From Zygnema circumcarinatum SAG 698-1b (Eukaryota; Plantae; Zygnematophyceae), in assembly GCA_037447605.1 (NCBI GenBank), contig CM074822.1:581492-645491 (forward strand): a DNA stretch of 64,000 nt. Reading direction: 5' to 3'. This document shows, one piece after another, positions 9,516 to 21,700 of this stretch (position 1 is its first letter; each line of letters begins with the position of its first letter). The notes below the pieces were generated by a model. That model did not search any database. It was not told the DNA's origin and saw nothing but the letters and a program-made list of their open reading frames with translations. Made by a program: the position numbers and the translations under genes.

Positions 9516-12117
9516 ATGAGGAGGGAGGGAGCATGCAGCGAGCGGGCAGCAAAGAGGAGGAAGGCGTGCAGAGCAGAAGATGGAAGTGCTTTCGGAGAAT
9601 GCCCTCTATGCCAAGTGTGGCTCCCTGTCTGTATGAAGTTTGTTGGATGATGTATGACGTTTTTTGTTCAAAACTGAGTGAGGAATGAGTCCTGATGATG
9701 ATGGAGGTTGACGATTGAAGCTTTCAAACTTCAAAGACTTGTAGCATTGTATGTTCAATGTAGATATTGTGCCAGGATCACGGTTGGGATTAGTTTGAAA
9801 GTTTGAAGCATCAAGTTCTGGAGGAGGTGCATAGGGCTCTTAGAAATGCCATCGTCTATCTTGTCTCTTTATTTGAACCGTGGAGTCCAAATAAAGCACG
9901 AAAAGGCTCCAATGGTGTCCTCTCAATGCCCTGTTTTTTATTTCTCTTTTCGCAGGCTACAATTGCGTTGGTACATATTAACTATCATATCGACAATGTA
10001 TGTTCTCTAACGTCTCGAACTTCTGATGGTGCATTGAGCATCATCGCAGAAGTGAGAGCACCTCTGAATGCAATGGCACCTTCGGGCACGACATTGAAAC
10101 CAATCAACTCGAGCTTGGTTGAAACCTCTGAAAATTTTAAAAAGCTAGAGAGGTCTGAAAACGTCAACAATATTGGAGAAACAGAGGAGACAGATTTTAG
10201 CAACTGCTCACATGACCATGAACGAAAACCATCTTTCCTTGAGAGCAGTCTTCATGCACCGACATCGTTTATTTTGCAACGGGAAGTGTCCCAGTTGCCA
10301 GTTAATTCGAATGCAAAGCTGCAGAGAGACTCCAATATGCCAGATGGGGGTCAAAGCTGCCTCTCTGAATGCTCCTCCTCCCTCTCACGGAGCCTCATCG
10401 AAACTGCAGGCACTGACGGATTGGATGGAGCGGCTTCTAACTGGCCTCTACTGCACGATTGCAGTATAGGAGAAGTTGAAAATGTGGGATCGAAGACAGG
10501 CAGAGGAAATTTTAGTACCGGATTGCCGAAAACATTGGAGATAACAAATGAGATGAGCGGTAATCCTGACAAGCATGTACGTAGAGCCTTCATGAATCTT
10601 GCGAACAAGATTGAGCTCAAAGCCCCCCAGGGTCTGGAGGTACTGGAAGATTTCATTACAACACAGGTGGGGGCTCTTTTGTGACCTTTCGCTCTCTCCA
10701 CTTTCACTGTACTCTCCCTCATCTCTCTCTCTCTCCTGAAATGTCACCATCTCTCCTCTTTCCCTGTTCCCTCCCTCCTCTCTCTCTCTCTCCCCCCCTC
10801 TCTCTCTTCTGAACTTTCACTCTCTTTCCTCTTTCTCTGTTCCCTCCCTCACTCTCCCTCGCTCCCCCTCTCTCTTACTCTCTCGTTATCTTTCTCCTTC
10901 ATTGCAGTTGAATGTGTTTAGATCGCCATTTTGAAGCGGTTTGAAAAGGTTCGTCGTTCCTGTGTTGTGAATCCATTCTTCGTCCGACCCTTTGCTTCGT
11001 CCTTCGCTTCAGGAAGAAGAATTTCTCCTCTTATGGCTTGATTCGGATCAGAGGCATCCTTGGAAGCCTTCTCAGTTCAACGGAACGCACAACAGCAAAG
11101 CATGGGGCGTTGTTACCGACCTCCGTCGAAGGTAACAACTCTCAGACTGCTCTGTGTGAACATGTGCTATGCCTTCCTGTTTCACAGCATACATTCAAGC
11201 ATACTTCTCATGCTCAGCAAGCTCCCACATTTAAAAAGTTCGGGAATGCCAATTTCATTGTTCTTATCATTAAAGTACACTCCATTCTTCTCCTTCCCAG
11301 TTCAGATATGGATATGTGATGGCAGGAGGGTAACAGGAGTAGTACATCCCATGCCAAACTCCTTGGAGCCCTTCATTCTCCGAATGCAACAGAAAGTTGA
11401 GAGGTTGTGCCACTTTGAGCCCAACGATGCGAATGCGATGGATTATTGGACTTCCAAAGGGCATTGGCTCAAACCTCATGTGGATGACCGACAGGTACAC
11501 CTTAACATCAATCAAATGTATCTTGACATGGGTTGACAGAGGGGATCGAGAGAGAGAGTGACAAGAGAGAGGAAGACAAAGCAAGCTCCTCCTCTTTGAG
11601 ATCATGGATGCCAATGAACATTCAAGCAACATCTTACAAGCTCTGTTAGTTGTCAATTCAAGAGTCAGTTTAATGTACTCAGATGTAAACGCATACTGGT
11701 TTTTGCGAGTGTTTGGCAGCTTTCAGGAGAGGTGCTGGTGAATCTTAGTCTTTCGGGTCGCTGTTTCATGACATATGAGAGGCAGACGGGACGAAAGGAG
11801 AAGTATCGCGTGCTCTTAAAGCCGCGCTCTCTGCAGGTATGCCGCATCATGCTCGGAGTCCTGATTCAAATATATTCAAAATAAAATGGGCATGGCTTCC
11901 CCCATCGATCTCTGCATTGAACATTATGTAAATCTGCGTCAATTGGGCTCTAGTGGAGTTAAGCTTTCAGCTTTCCTAATTACAAATTTGGTGACTTTCG
12001 ACTGCTCAGATCTTGGCGGGGCCGAGCCGGTACAGCTTCACGCATGCCATATATAATGAGGACTTTCTTGATTCTCGTCGAGTTAGCCTCACATTCCGCC
12101 AAACTCTTGTGCGATAA
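9516..12117 (+). CDS. AlkB-family 2OG-Fe(II) dioxygenase with N-terminal UBZ-type zinc finger
   Basis: Exons 9516-9614, 9956-10666, 11013-11131, 11326-11494, 11720-11836, 12010-12117. Splicing joins CPLCQ|ATIALVHINYHIDNVC. Catalytic motifs: PHVDD (HxD), FTHAI (distal H), RRVSLTFR (RxSxTxR). Confidence 0.85.
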
Positions 12118-12399
12118 AAGGTCGTCCTTCCTTCCAGGACTTAGCCTGATCACGTGCCGACCTTCTAAACGAAAAAGCGGCTGACCTCATTGATGGCTGA
12201 AATGACAAAGTTCTCAATTCCCATCTTACAATTTACGATTCATAATAACATAACGTCATTATACCATCATCAAAATTAGCAGTCCCCACAAGATGTAGCC
12301 CCCTCCTATTGTCTCAACTACGAGTTTCTCCTGTCCTGCCAGGATAGGCTCCTCAGAGCCACCCATCTCATCCGCCATGCAAATGGCAATCTTTAAGGG

Positions 12400-13110
12400 T
12401 GATTGATACTGTTGGCAAAAGTCAGTTATTATGATTAGACTTAGCATGCGGCCCTTTGTTGTTCCGAGCTGCCTGCCGCCCATGACAGCAACATTCTTGC
12501 ACAAGTGATCGCAGACGGCCGCGAATTTCGCTCTTCGTTATTTCACAGAAAGGCGCTGCTTCAATTGCACACCTTATGATGGCAAGAATCTCGCTATGTG
12601 AGAGGGAACATCCCTCCATCCCTCTGGGCAAAGCTGTCGAAATCGCTCCAAGTTCTTCGGGCACATGTGGTCTAGAATAATCCAGAGGCCTAAAAACTGG
12701 TCTATGCCCATACCATTGGTGGTGCGCGAAAGCTGGAACCGTGTGCGCATAGACAAGTGCCTCCATGGAATCCTGAAGAGCGTAATGTCGTCTAGACCAA
12801 GGCTGAATCTTCCAGAAGAAAGCTTTCACCACCTCCCTGACTGGGTCCCTAGACTCAGCAAGTGCGTTCAATGAGCTTGATAGCTTATCGACAAGGTCTC
12901 CCGTGTATAGAAAGGTCCTTGGAGGCTGCAGCTATCCTGCGAAATGCACAAGATCCCAGTTGTGACGAACCATGCAAATGTTCCTTTTTTTCCTTTGTGC
13001 TTGGGTCATTTGAGACCAGTTCCTCGTGGTTTCCCATGCTGGTTTTGGCCATGTACATTTGATGGCATCATCGCCATCGTGAGATCAATGCCACTTCCCT
13101 CCCTCATATG
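12400..13110. repeat. Second copy of the unclassified dispersed repeat, containing a minus-strand reading frame (12422-about 12930)
   Basis: Motifs shared with 8540-9230; the 149-aa ORF has no recognisable domain. Confidence 0.4.
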
Positions 13111-13399
13111 ATACATTGTGTATATGCTATTGAAAAAGAAGTGGCATTGGTCTCACAACATTGTGCACCACATCACTTGGATTGCTGCAAACAGTGTGCA
13201 GGCTCATCATGCGACATGTGGCAGTTCCCAACTCTGTGAAACACCCGCCCGCCTTTGAACGGAGCATGGAACGGGGAGCTGGCGATGTCCAGTTGCAAAT
13301 TCCCAGACGGAACTCCCAGTCGAATTTTCCATGGAACGCTCTTGAAGAGTGGAACCGCGCGCATGCCCATACCCATGTCCATCCCCACAACCATGTCCA

Positions 13400-13510
13400 T
13401 GTTCATGTGACCATGTGCATGTTCATGTGACTGTGTCCATGTTCGTGTGACCATGTCCATGTTCATGTGACCATGTCCATCTTCATGTGACCATGTCCAT
13501 GTTCTTGTGA
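13400..13510. repeat. Short minisatellite, about 20-bp unit CATGTCCATGTTCATGTGAC
   Basis: Direct reading. Confidence 0.8.
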
Positions 13511-14138
13511 ATATGCAGTTATTCATGCCACAAATTGCCACACATCCATTTAAAGCAGCATCAGGTCTCAAATGGTTCAGACGATGTGGCACTGACATTG
13601 ATCTGGCGATGGCTGCACCATGACACGTGTACATGGACAAAGGCAATGTGAATGAAGCAATGTGATCGGGCCACAGGTGATGATGATATATGACAGAAAA
13701 GAAAACAAAAGGCTGTGAGCGGATCATCCCATAGCAGGACTCCCATGGCGACATCATCCTCTGCGCTTCCGCCATGGGAAGGCAGCAGCCAGGAGGCAGA
13801 GCTGCACATCGCCAACTAATCCCAACCCTAACCCTAATCCTAACCCTAACCCTAACCCTAACCCAACCCGCGTTGCAGTCAAAGCCTGCAACTCTAAGAG
13901 CGCCATGACGACGTCTGTCTACTCCTTTCAGACAGCCTCGTCTTTCACTTCCCTCAACCCTCTCTACTTCTGCAGGACGCAGCAAAAGACATCTCAGCGG
14001 ACCAATGTTCAACGACCAATGTGAATTTCCGGAGGGGCATCATCATCGCCAACTATAAAAGAATGCAGGTTTGCTACAGCGATGCTTTTCAACAACAAAT
14101 GGCAAAGTCTCTATGCTGTCAATAACACTTGATATACG

Positions 14139-16953
14139 CTAAGCTGCCTCCTTTCGCCATTCTTCCTTCGTGACAAGCCCTAATTCAGCGTTCACAGCCT
14201 GGCGAAGTTCCTGCCCAGCATATGATGTCTCATCAATGTCAAGTATTACAGCAACTCTGTGCATGGCGTCATCCCACTGCGTCCTCTGCGGCGGAGAGCT
14301 CTGCTTAAAAGTTGAGGTGAAAGACCTAGAAAATGTATGGGAACCCAAACCAGATAGTATATCCGTAGAAGGTGGTCTGAAGCCTGACTTGAATGCCTCA
14401 CAGACGGACTCACTAGCGGAAGCAGTCAGATTGAAAGTATTCTTCGGCAGTCCGCCTGCTGATGATCCTTCATTTTTCTCGAAATATGGCAGTTTCTGCA
14501 AGTCGCCGGTTCTCTGAGGCAGGTTTCCCAAAGGTAGGGCAGGAAGCTGAGCTGTTCCAACAGATATCTCTCTCTCTCTCCCTCCTACATTCTCTTCCAC
14601 CTCTTCCTCTTCCCGGCACGGAATCTCTTGTGTATGGACCCATCCCCAGCTCACTCTTTTGCTTTTGCTAGACGTTCGTTCAATCACAGTTGTTGGCGCA
14701 CTTGTTTCTCCCTCTTCTGAGTTGGAGGGACTCGGTTTTTCAATGCGTAGAATGGGGCTAGGTTTCGGACTGCAACTTCTGACAGGACTCAAAATTCTTG
14801 TGGTGATTTCACTCCTTTCCAGCAGTGGCAGAGGCAGCTTCGCGAAGCTCTCCATCATGTCTTCCCTAATTTTTAGGGTTTGCTGAGAATTGAGAGATCT
14901 CGTTGTTGAAGTTTTCACATCCTGCTCAATGTTTAGAAGGTCATCCACATTCCTCGTCCTAATTGTAATGGTTTCTCCATTCTCCACATTTGCCGTGCCC
15001 TTTTTTTCAACAATAACGCTCTCCTCCATCCTTTTCTCCTCTCCTTCCTGTACTTCATTTCCTGCAGCTTTTTGAGGCACCCTCGCTTTCACTATTGGTG
15101 GACTACTCGCCCCTGTTGCAGTAAAGTCACTTCGGAACTCAGAAGCCGAAATTGCAAAAGAGGTACGCCTTGTCCTGTGGCTGTAGTGCCCTGATCGGGT
15201 ATAGGCACCCACCTCTCCTCCACCTTGTGTCACTACCTCCTCTCTCCCACCAGCTACCCCAACCTTCGTTTGCGTAACTTCAAAAGTCTGTCCACGTATG
15301 GCAATGTTTCTTCCATTGCCTTCCATTCCTTGAGCAAATTCATTCTGCATTTTCCCTTCCTCCCCATCCTCGACATCATCCATGCTAACGCTAATTTCAA
15401 ACTTGCTTTCCTTTAAAAGAACCTCCCTCCCTCTCTCCTCTTCTTCTTCCAAACTTTCCCTCTCCGATTCAACCCTGACCTTTGCATTAAACTCAGCCAT
15501 TCTCTGCTCCGATCCATTCACCAGAGCAGTAGACATTTCTGCTTCAGACTCTTCTCTTTTCTCTGCAGAGACCTGCACTTCAGCCTCTTTATGAGATGCT
15601 AAATTCTGCTGATTCCCGGATTGCTTCAACATCCAAGTACTGCTGGTTTTTATATACATTCTTGCCCCTGCCCGGCCTACCCCTTCCAATATCCTGCCTT
15701 TAAAGCAGGGCCTTGATTGCCGAGCCCTCTCTTTGACCCACCTGGGAACAACAACTGCATACTTATCAAAGCTCTCATCTACTCTATGCTGATCCATCTC
15801 CTGCTCAATTTCATTCCCACGTTGAATATGAGCATTAGGGCTATGTGGTGTGCAGCTACTCGAGGTCGGAGTAACCCTTGATGAAGTCATTGGAGAACCC
15901 TCCGAAGCTCTCAGAAACCTCTTTGGCATGACTTTAACGAGACGCTGCCAGCTTGCATAGGACTGGGCTATGACCACCATAGCGAGTGCTCTCTCTGCCA
16001 CGTGCTCGTTCAGACCGAACAAATTTTCTGGCTCTCCTGCATACAAACAAACACAGAGAGAAAGGTGAAATTTTTGACTCAGAACACGAACAAAACACTC
16101 GTTCTCAGTCATCTTCAATCACTCAGAGCCTTATTCAACAACTACAAGTACTAATTAGAACAATAATACTATATATACTTCAAAAGAGCCCTAATCTGCT
16201 GCTGCTGCTGCTCTTTAAGCATATACCTCGCTTCACGCATCGGCAGACTCGCAGCCATTCCCGAACCTCCTCAAGCCTGAAAGGCATCTCCCTATGCACA
16301 TCATCCACATCATGCAGCCTCTCTGCCGCCACATCGTCCAATGGGATCGCGAGAATCTGCCACGTCAGCTCCGCCTGCACGGGGTCCACCACAGCAAAGG
16401 CCCCCAACACCTTCACATTGTAGACCTCCCCTCTCTCCCTCCCCGCCGCCCCTATCTCCACCACCTCCATGGCCTGCCCCCGGTAAGGGAGCCCTCCGAA
16501 CTCAGAATTGACCTGCTTGGGATCGGCCCATGTCTGCGGAAGGATGCCAATGTTCCATGGAGCTGGATGTGCCAGGACTCCCTCCTCCTCTCCCTCTCCC
16601 CCCTCCTCTCCCACCCCCCCTCGCTGCTTCACCTTCAACAGAGGCTCCTCCTTTGCAAACATGCGATTCTCCCGAGTGCCACGTGGCGTCTTACAGATCA
16701 GATTGAGCCCTCCCCGAGAGCTGTAGAGAGGGATGACATGCCATGGCGATGTGGGCTCTCGCCCTCCTCCTCCTCCTCCCCCTCCTCCACCTCCCCATCC
16801 TCCACCTCGTCCTCCTCCTCTTTCTCCCCCTCCTCCTCCTCCTCTTTCTCCTCCCCCTCCCCCCCCCCTCCCTCGTCCTCTCCCTCCTCCTCTTTCTCCT
16901 CCCCTTCCTCCCCCCCCTCCTCCTCCTCCTCCTCCTCCTGCTTTCCCATCCAT
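14139..16953 (-). CDS. Family I soluble inorganic pyrophosphatase-like protein (catalytic residues lost) with a long disordered C-terminal extension
   Basis: Exons 16953-16227 and 16036-14139 (phase 1, GT-AG). Colinear with eukaryotic/plastid sPPase: SPWHVIPL, WNIGILPQTWADP, EVVEIG, LAIPLDD, GEPENLFGL, SWQRLV. Confidence 0.85.
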
Positions 16954-17762
16954 TGAAGGGCTTCTCCTCCTCGTTGCCCGCCAAAGACGAGGCTCTATGG
17001 CTCCTTACGGATTTATAATTACGTTTTTGAATGGGAAGTGTTTTTATCTAAAGTGGGTTCTTGTTGAATGGCCGTTGAAGGGAAGATTAAACGGACTGAG
17101 ATTTTGGGGTGTCTTCCACGAATTAGGGAAGGCAAGGGAGAGGGAGGGGGAGAAGGAGTGTGAGGAAGAGACAAGGAGAGGGAGAAGGAGAGGGAGGAGA
17201 GAGAGAGTGGAAGAGGGGGAGGCGACGGAGAGGGAGGAACGGAGGGGAGGGAGAGGGGGAGGATATGAGAGAGAGAGAAAGAAAGAGAGAGAGGGAGGGA
17301 GGGGTGGTGGAGTGGGAGATAGAGAGAGATAGAGAGAGAGGGAGGGAGGGGAAGGGGAAGAGGAGATAGAGATAGATAGAGAGAGAGGGAGGGGAGGGGG
17401 AGGGGGAGGGGGAGAGAAAGAGAGAGAGGAAGGGAAGGCAGGGGGAGAAAGTGATAGAGAGAAATAGAGAGAGAGGGGAAGGGAGAGTGAGAGAGAGATA
17501 AATAAAGAGAGGGAGGGAAGAGAGGGGAAGAGAGGGAGAGATAGTGAGAGAGGGAGTGAGGGAAGTGAGCGGGAGGGAGCGATAGAGAGAAATAGAGAGA
17601 AAGGGAGGAAAAGTGAGAGAGAAATTAAGTTATAGTGGGAAGGGAGGGGGAGGGATAGAGAGATAGGGAGGGAGAGAAGGGAGTGGGAGAGAGCAAGAGA
17701 GTGAAAGACTTAGGGATAGAGAGGGAGGGAGGGAAGGGAGAGGGAGAGAGAGAGAGCGATTT

Positions 17763-17801
<39 letters not shown>

Positions 17802-17849
17802 GGAGGAGGCGGCTGACGCCGTCGGACCCTCGGCAACTGCAGCGCGCCA

Positions 17850-18310
17850 AACAGCGCGTGACGTGACATCATCGTAGTCCACGGAGTTGCCACGTGGCGT
17901 CGCGGCAGCCGAGGACTGCCATGTCGGCAGAAAGCGACAACCGGCCCGGTCGGTGGCGCGCCACGTGGCAGTGGCTGAGACGAGAGTACGAATTTCAATG
18001 ACACGTCCCGACAAAGTCCCGATATTTTGTCGTTTTCTGAACTACCGTACCGTACCGTACAAATCGCACGAGAAAATTTTAAGCAATAAGTACGTGCCAC
18101 GTGGACGCGGACTTGTGGCTGCACCGATGGGCGCCACGTTCGTTTTCTGTCGTCTAGTGCCTTAGCGAGCTAACTTTCCGGTACCAAGGGTACGGACGAT
18201 TTCTGTTTTTCAGATAGACAAAATAATCGTTTCCAAATCGTAATTTTTTTTTTCAACTGGCCAATGGAGGTGCCCCACGTGTGCAATCGTGCCGACGTGG
18301 CCGATCCATG
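17850..18310. promoter_or_regulatory. Divergent promoter region (PPase-like / MiaB) with a G-box cluster
   Basis: Multiple CCACGTGG/CACGTG motifs between two head-to-head start codons. Confidence 0.4.
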
Positions 18311-18705
18311 GTGAGATTATGGAGAATCTTGAATATGGCTCGCATCTCAAGAAAGACCCAAAAAAAAAAAAATCGAATTTTGGGAGTCATTTCGTTGGTC
18401 GTTTCAGCCAATGAAGACACGACACCTGTGCATTTTTAAACGTTCCAAGGAGGTTTATTTGTCTGGAAAACCGTCCCAGTTGCAGTTGAACGCGTTTCTT
18501 GAATTTTTATGTGAGTAGTTACATGCGGTTGATTACGCTAAACAGAACTGTTGGTTCATCATAGATTAATTGTTAACTGCGCTGTAACTGTAACTAAGAC
18601 AAAATTTTGGCACGGAAACAGTTTGCCTCCCTCCGGGGCCCAAGTAAAATTTGAAAATATCTCTCTTATCTGTCTCTTGCTCTCCTCCATCCCCAGCTCT
18701 CAGCC

Positions 18706-21700
18706 ATGGCGGCTGTCAAGGCGGGCAGCCATGGCTTCCAGCTTGAAGCAGCTCTCGCTCCCTCTCCACCTCCTCTCTCTCCCTCTCTCCGCCTCCCCTC
18801 ACATCCGAAGCTCATATCAGCCTCAGTCGCTACCCGCGACCTCTCCACATCTCCATATCTCTATAAACACAGACATTCTGAGGGCCTCACATCACCCCAT
18901 ATGTCTTCTGAATTCCTAAAAAGCTGCACCTATTTAGGAAAAGAGAATGTTTCGACTAGAGGTTCAGTAATTCGTCGAAGAAGAGCAGGTTTTAGGGTCT
19001 CTGCCTCTGTGGTTCATGAAGAAACCCTAGAAATGGCTCCAGCAGGAGCTTCGTCTGCAGACTTTTGTGGGCCGGAAGGCGTTGTTTTGAACCGGCCGAA
19101 AATTGGGACAGTTCAAGAGAACAACGGAAAGCTTTATCACGTGCACACATTTGGGTGTCAGGTGAAGGAATGCTTGCGTTCTTCCTGTTCAAACATTTCT
19201 ATGCCTTTCAGAGATTTTATGGTTTTTAGGGTTGTCTCTAACACTGATTTTGATTCAAATTCTTATAATTGAATGCGGACTGAATGATGGACCATGCACG
19301 TGCAGATGAACATGGCAGACTCAGAGCGCATGGCTGGCATTTTGGAGAACTTGGGGTATGTACATTCGGAAGATGCGAACAAGGCGGACCTCCTCGTCTA
19401 CAACACGTGCAGTATACGCGATAGATCGGAGCAGAAGGTGAAGTTTGTGAGCGGAGCTGGGAGAGAGAGAGAGAGAGAGCGAGAGAGAGAAGAGAGAGAG
19501 AGAGGGAGGAAAAGTGTGAGAGAGGGAGCGGGGGGCGGAGGGGGAGGGAGAGTGGGAGGGAGGGAGAAGGGGGTGGAGGGGGAGTTGGGGATCAGGTGAT
19601 GTCCATGGGCAAAGGTCGGTTCATTAGAGGAGTTCCTTATTGGCCTATAAAAGCTTGGGGGTATATTTTGGCTCTTGTATGAAAGATCACTTGCTTTCTA
19701 CATGCAGATGGTAATCCTGTACTCTTTCATATAGTATTGGGCCGCTTTTGTATATGCTTGTTCTGTGTTGAGTGCATCGCCTATAAGCATCAAGATATCA
19801 ATAGACAGATATCAAGATATCATAAGATATCAATGCCATTGGTTGGCTCGATGTTACAGTGTCTAGATACAGGCAATATCAATCAACTTCGGCGGTTTAA
19901 AGAAGATGTCCAGGAAGTAAAAGCTGGCTTTGAGTACCAAGTTTAAAGTGGGGTCCATTATGGAGAGCTGAAATTGGTTCAACATTCTCTAAACTCATGC
20001 ATTGACGCTTTTGGGTTGAGAGGGGCTAGTCACAATCGCCACCCTTTTATACTTTGAGATACGCCTTCCTCTGCATACAACGAAGCTGCCTAGAAATGCC
20101 TACCCCTAGACTACTCTGCAGTCCCAACTTTCGGAATCTTGTACCTTGCTTTGCTTGACACTTGCGAAGTTTCTCCAATGGCTGTCTGCCAGGTGTACTC
20201 GGCTTTGGGTCGCCAAAGAGCGCGAAAGCGGCGAGATCCGAATCTTCGCATTGTCGTCGCGGGGTGTGTGGCGCAGCAGGAGGGGGAGGCGCTGCTCCGG
20301 AGAGTGCCGGAAGTGGACCTTGTGATGGGGCCACAGCATGCCAACAGACTGCATGAGCTTTTAGAGCAGGTGGGGGGTATTATGATCACACACAATACTA
20401 TCAGTTACAGCCATATAAGCTTTGTTTTTCCAAGCTGTAATAGCAACTACAGAACGGGCAGCAGCTTCCTGCATTTAATAGTAGGAGAGAGTGAGGGAGA
20501 GAGGGAGAGAAAGGGAGCGAGGGAGAGAGAGAGGGAGAGAGAGGGACCGAGGGAGAGAGAGGGAGAGATAGAGAGGGAGAGGAGGGGAGAGAGAGGAAGG
20601 GAGAGAGAGGAGAGAGGGAGAATGAGGGAGGGAGAGAGGAGAGAGAGAGGGAGAAAGAGAGAGGGAGAGATGGAGGGAGAATGGGAGGGAGGGCGAGAGA
20701 GAGAGAGAGAAAGCGAGAGAGAGGGAGAGAGGGGGGGAGGGGGAAGCGGGGAGAAAGAATCGCAGAGTGCTCCTCTTTCTTCTTCCGTCAAGGGTCTGTA
20801 AATGTAGATTTCAGTACACGGGTATATGATACCAATACCTGCTTTGGTTTAACACCTTTTAACTTAGGTTTCCGCTTCTCACGAAAGCTTGTCAGCGCAC
20901 GTTTGTTACATACATATTATTGAATAATTCAAGCTGTGAACGGAAGAACTTGAACTTGATAGCTGACTCATGTGTATTACACTGTTCCTATAGGTCGACC
21001 TGGGAAGCCAAGTTTGTGCCACAGAACCAATTCACATCATGGAGGATATTGCGAAGCCTCGGAGGCAAGGCTTTTCTTTTGCCAGCTCTTTGTGAATATT
21101 CCAAGTATTGACTTTCTAGACATAGAGAGTGAGAGGGAGGGGACGAAGAGCGAGGGCAGGGAGATACGAACGGAGGGAGAGGGTGAGTCTGTAAAGGGAA
21201 ACGAGCGGTAGAGAGAAAGAGTGAAGGGGCAGAGAGAGAGAGAGAGAGGAAGGAGAGCGACGGAGAGAGAGGGGGGAATGAGTAAGAGGGAATGGGAGAT
21301 GAGGATGGTGTCAGTATTTGAAAATTGAGGTGGACCTGATCGGATTTTAGGGTTTGTCTGTTCACAGAGACTCGCAGGTGACCGCATGGGTGAATGTAAT
21401 TTATGGTGAGTGGGTTGCTTTTCAGGAAATCGCTTTCCTGTGCATAAAAAGCTCCAATAATATGCTTTACTTGGCATGTCATGTATGCATTCAGCATCTA
21501 GTTATGAATTTGAGAAGCTAAAACACGTCGTTTACATGTACCCTAAGAACCCTAAATACCCTTAAGCTCCTCTATAAGTTATTCTTCTTCTTCTTCTTCT
21601 CTTTCACGAATGCTTATTTTGCTTATTTTTTTTTTTCCTTAACTCTCACTGTTGGGGAGGCTGGTCCTGGTGAAGGCTGCAACGAAAGGTGCTCCTATTG

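Noticed and set aside
10909-10949. Possible stop-containing cassette exon in the AlkB intron
   Set aside because: Only AG/GT dinucleotides support it; not needed for the frame and no further evidence.
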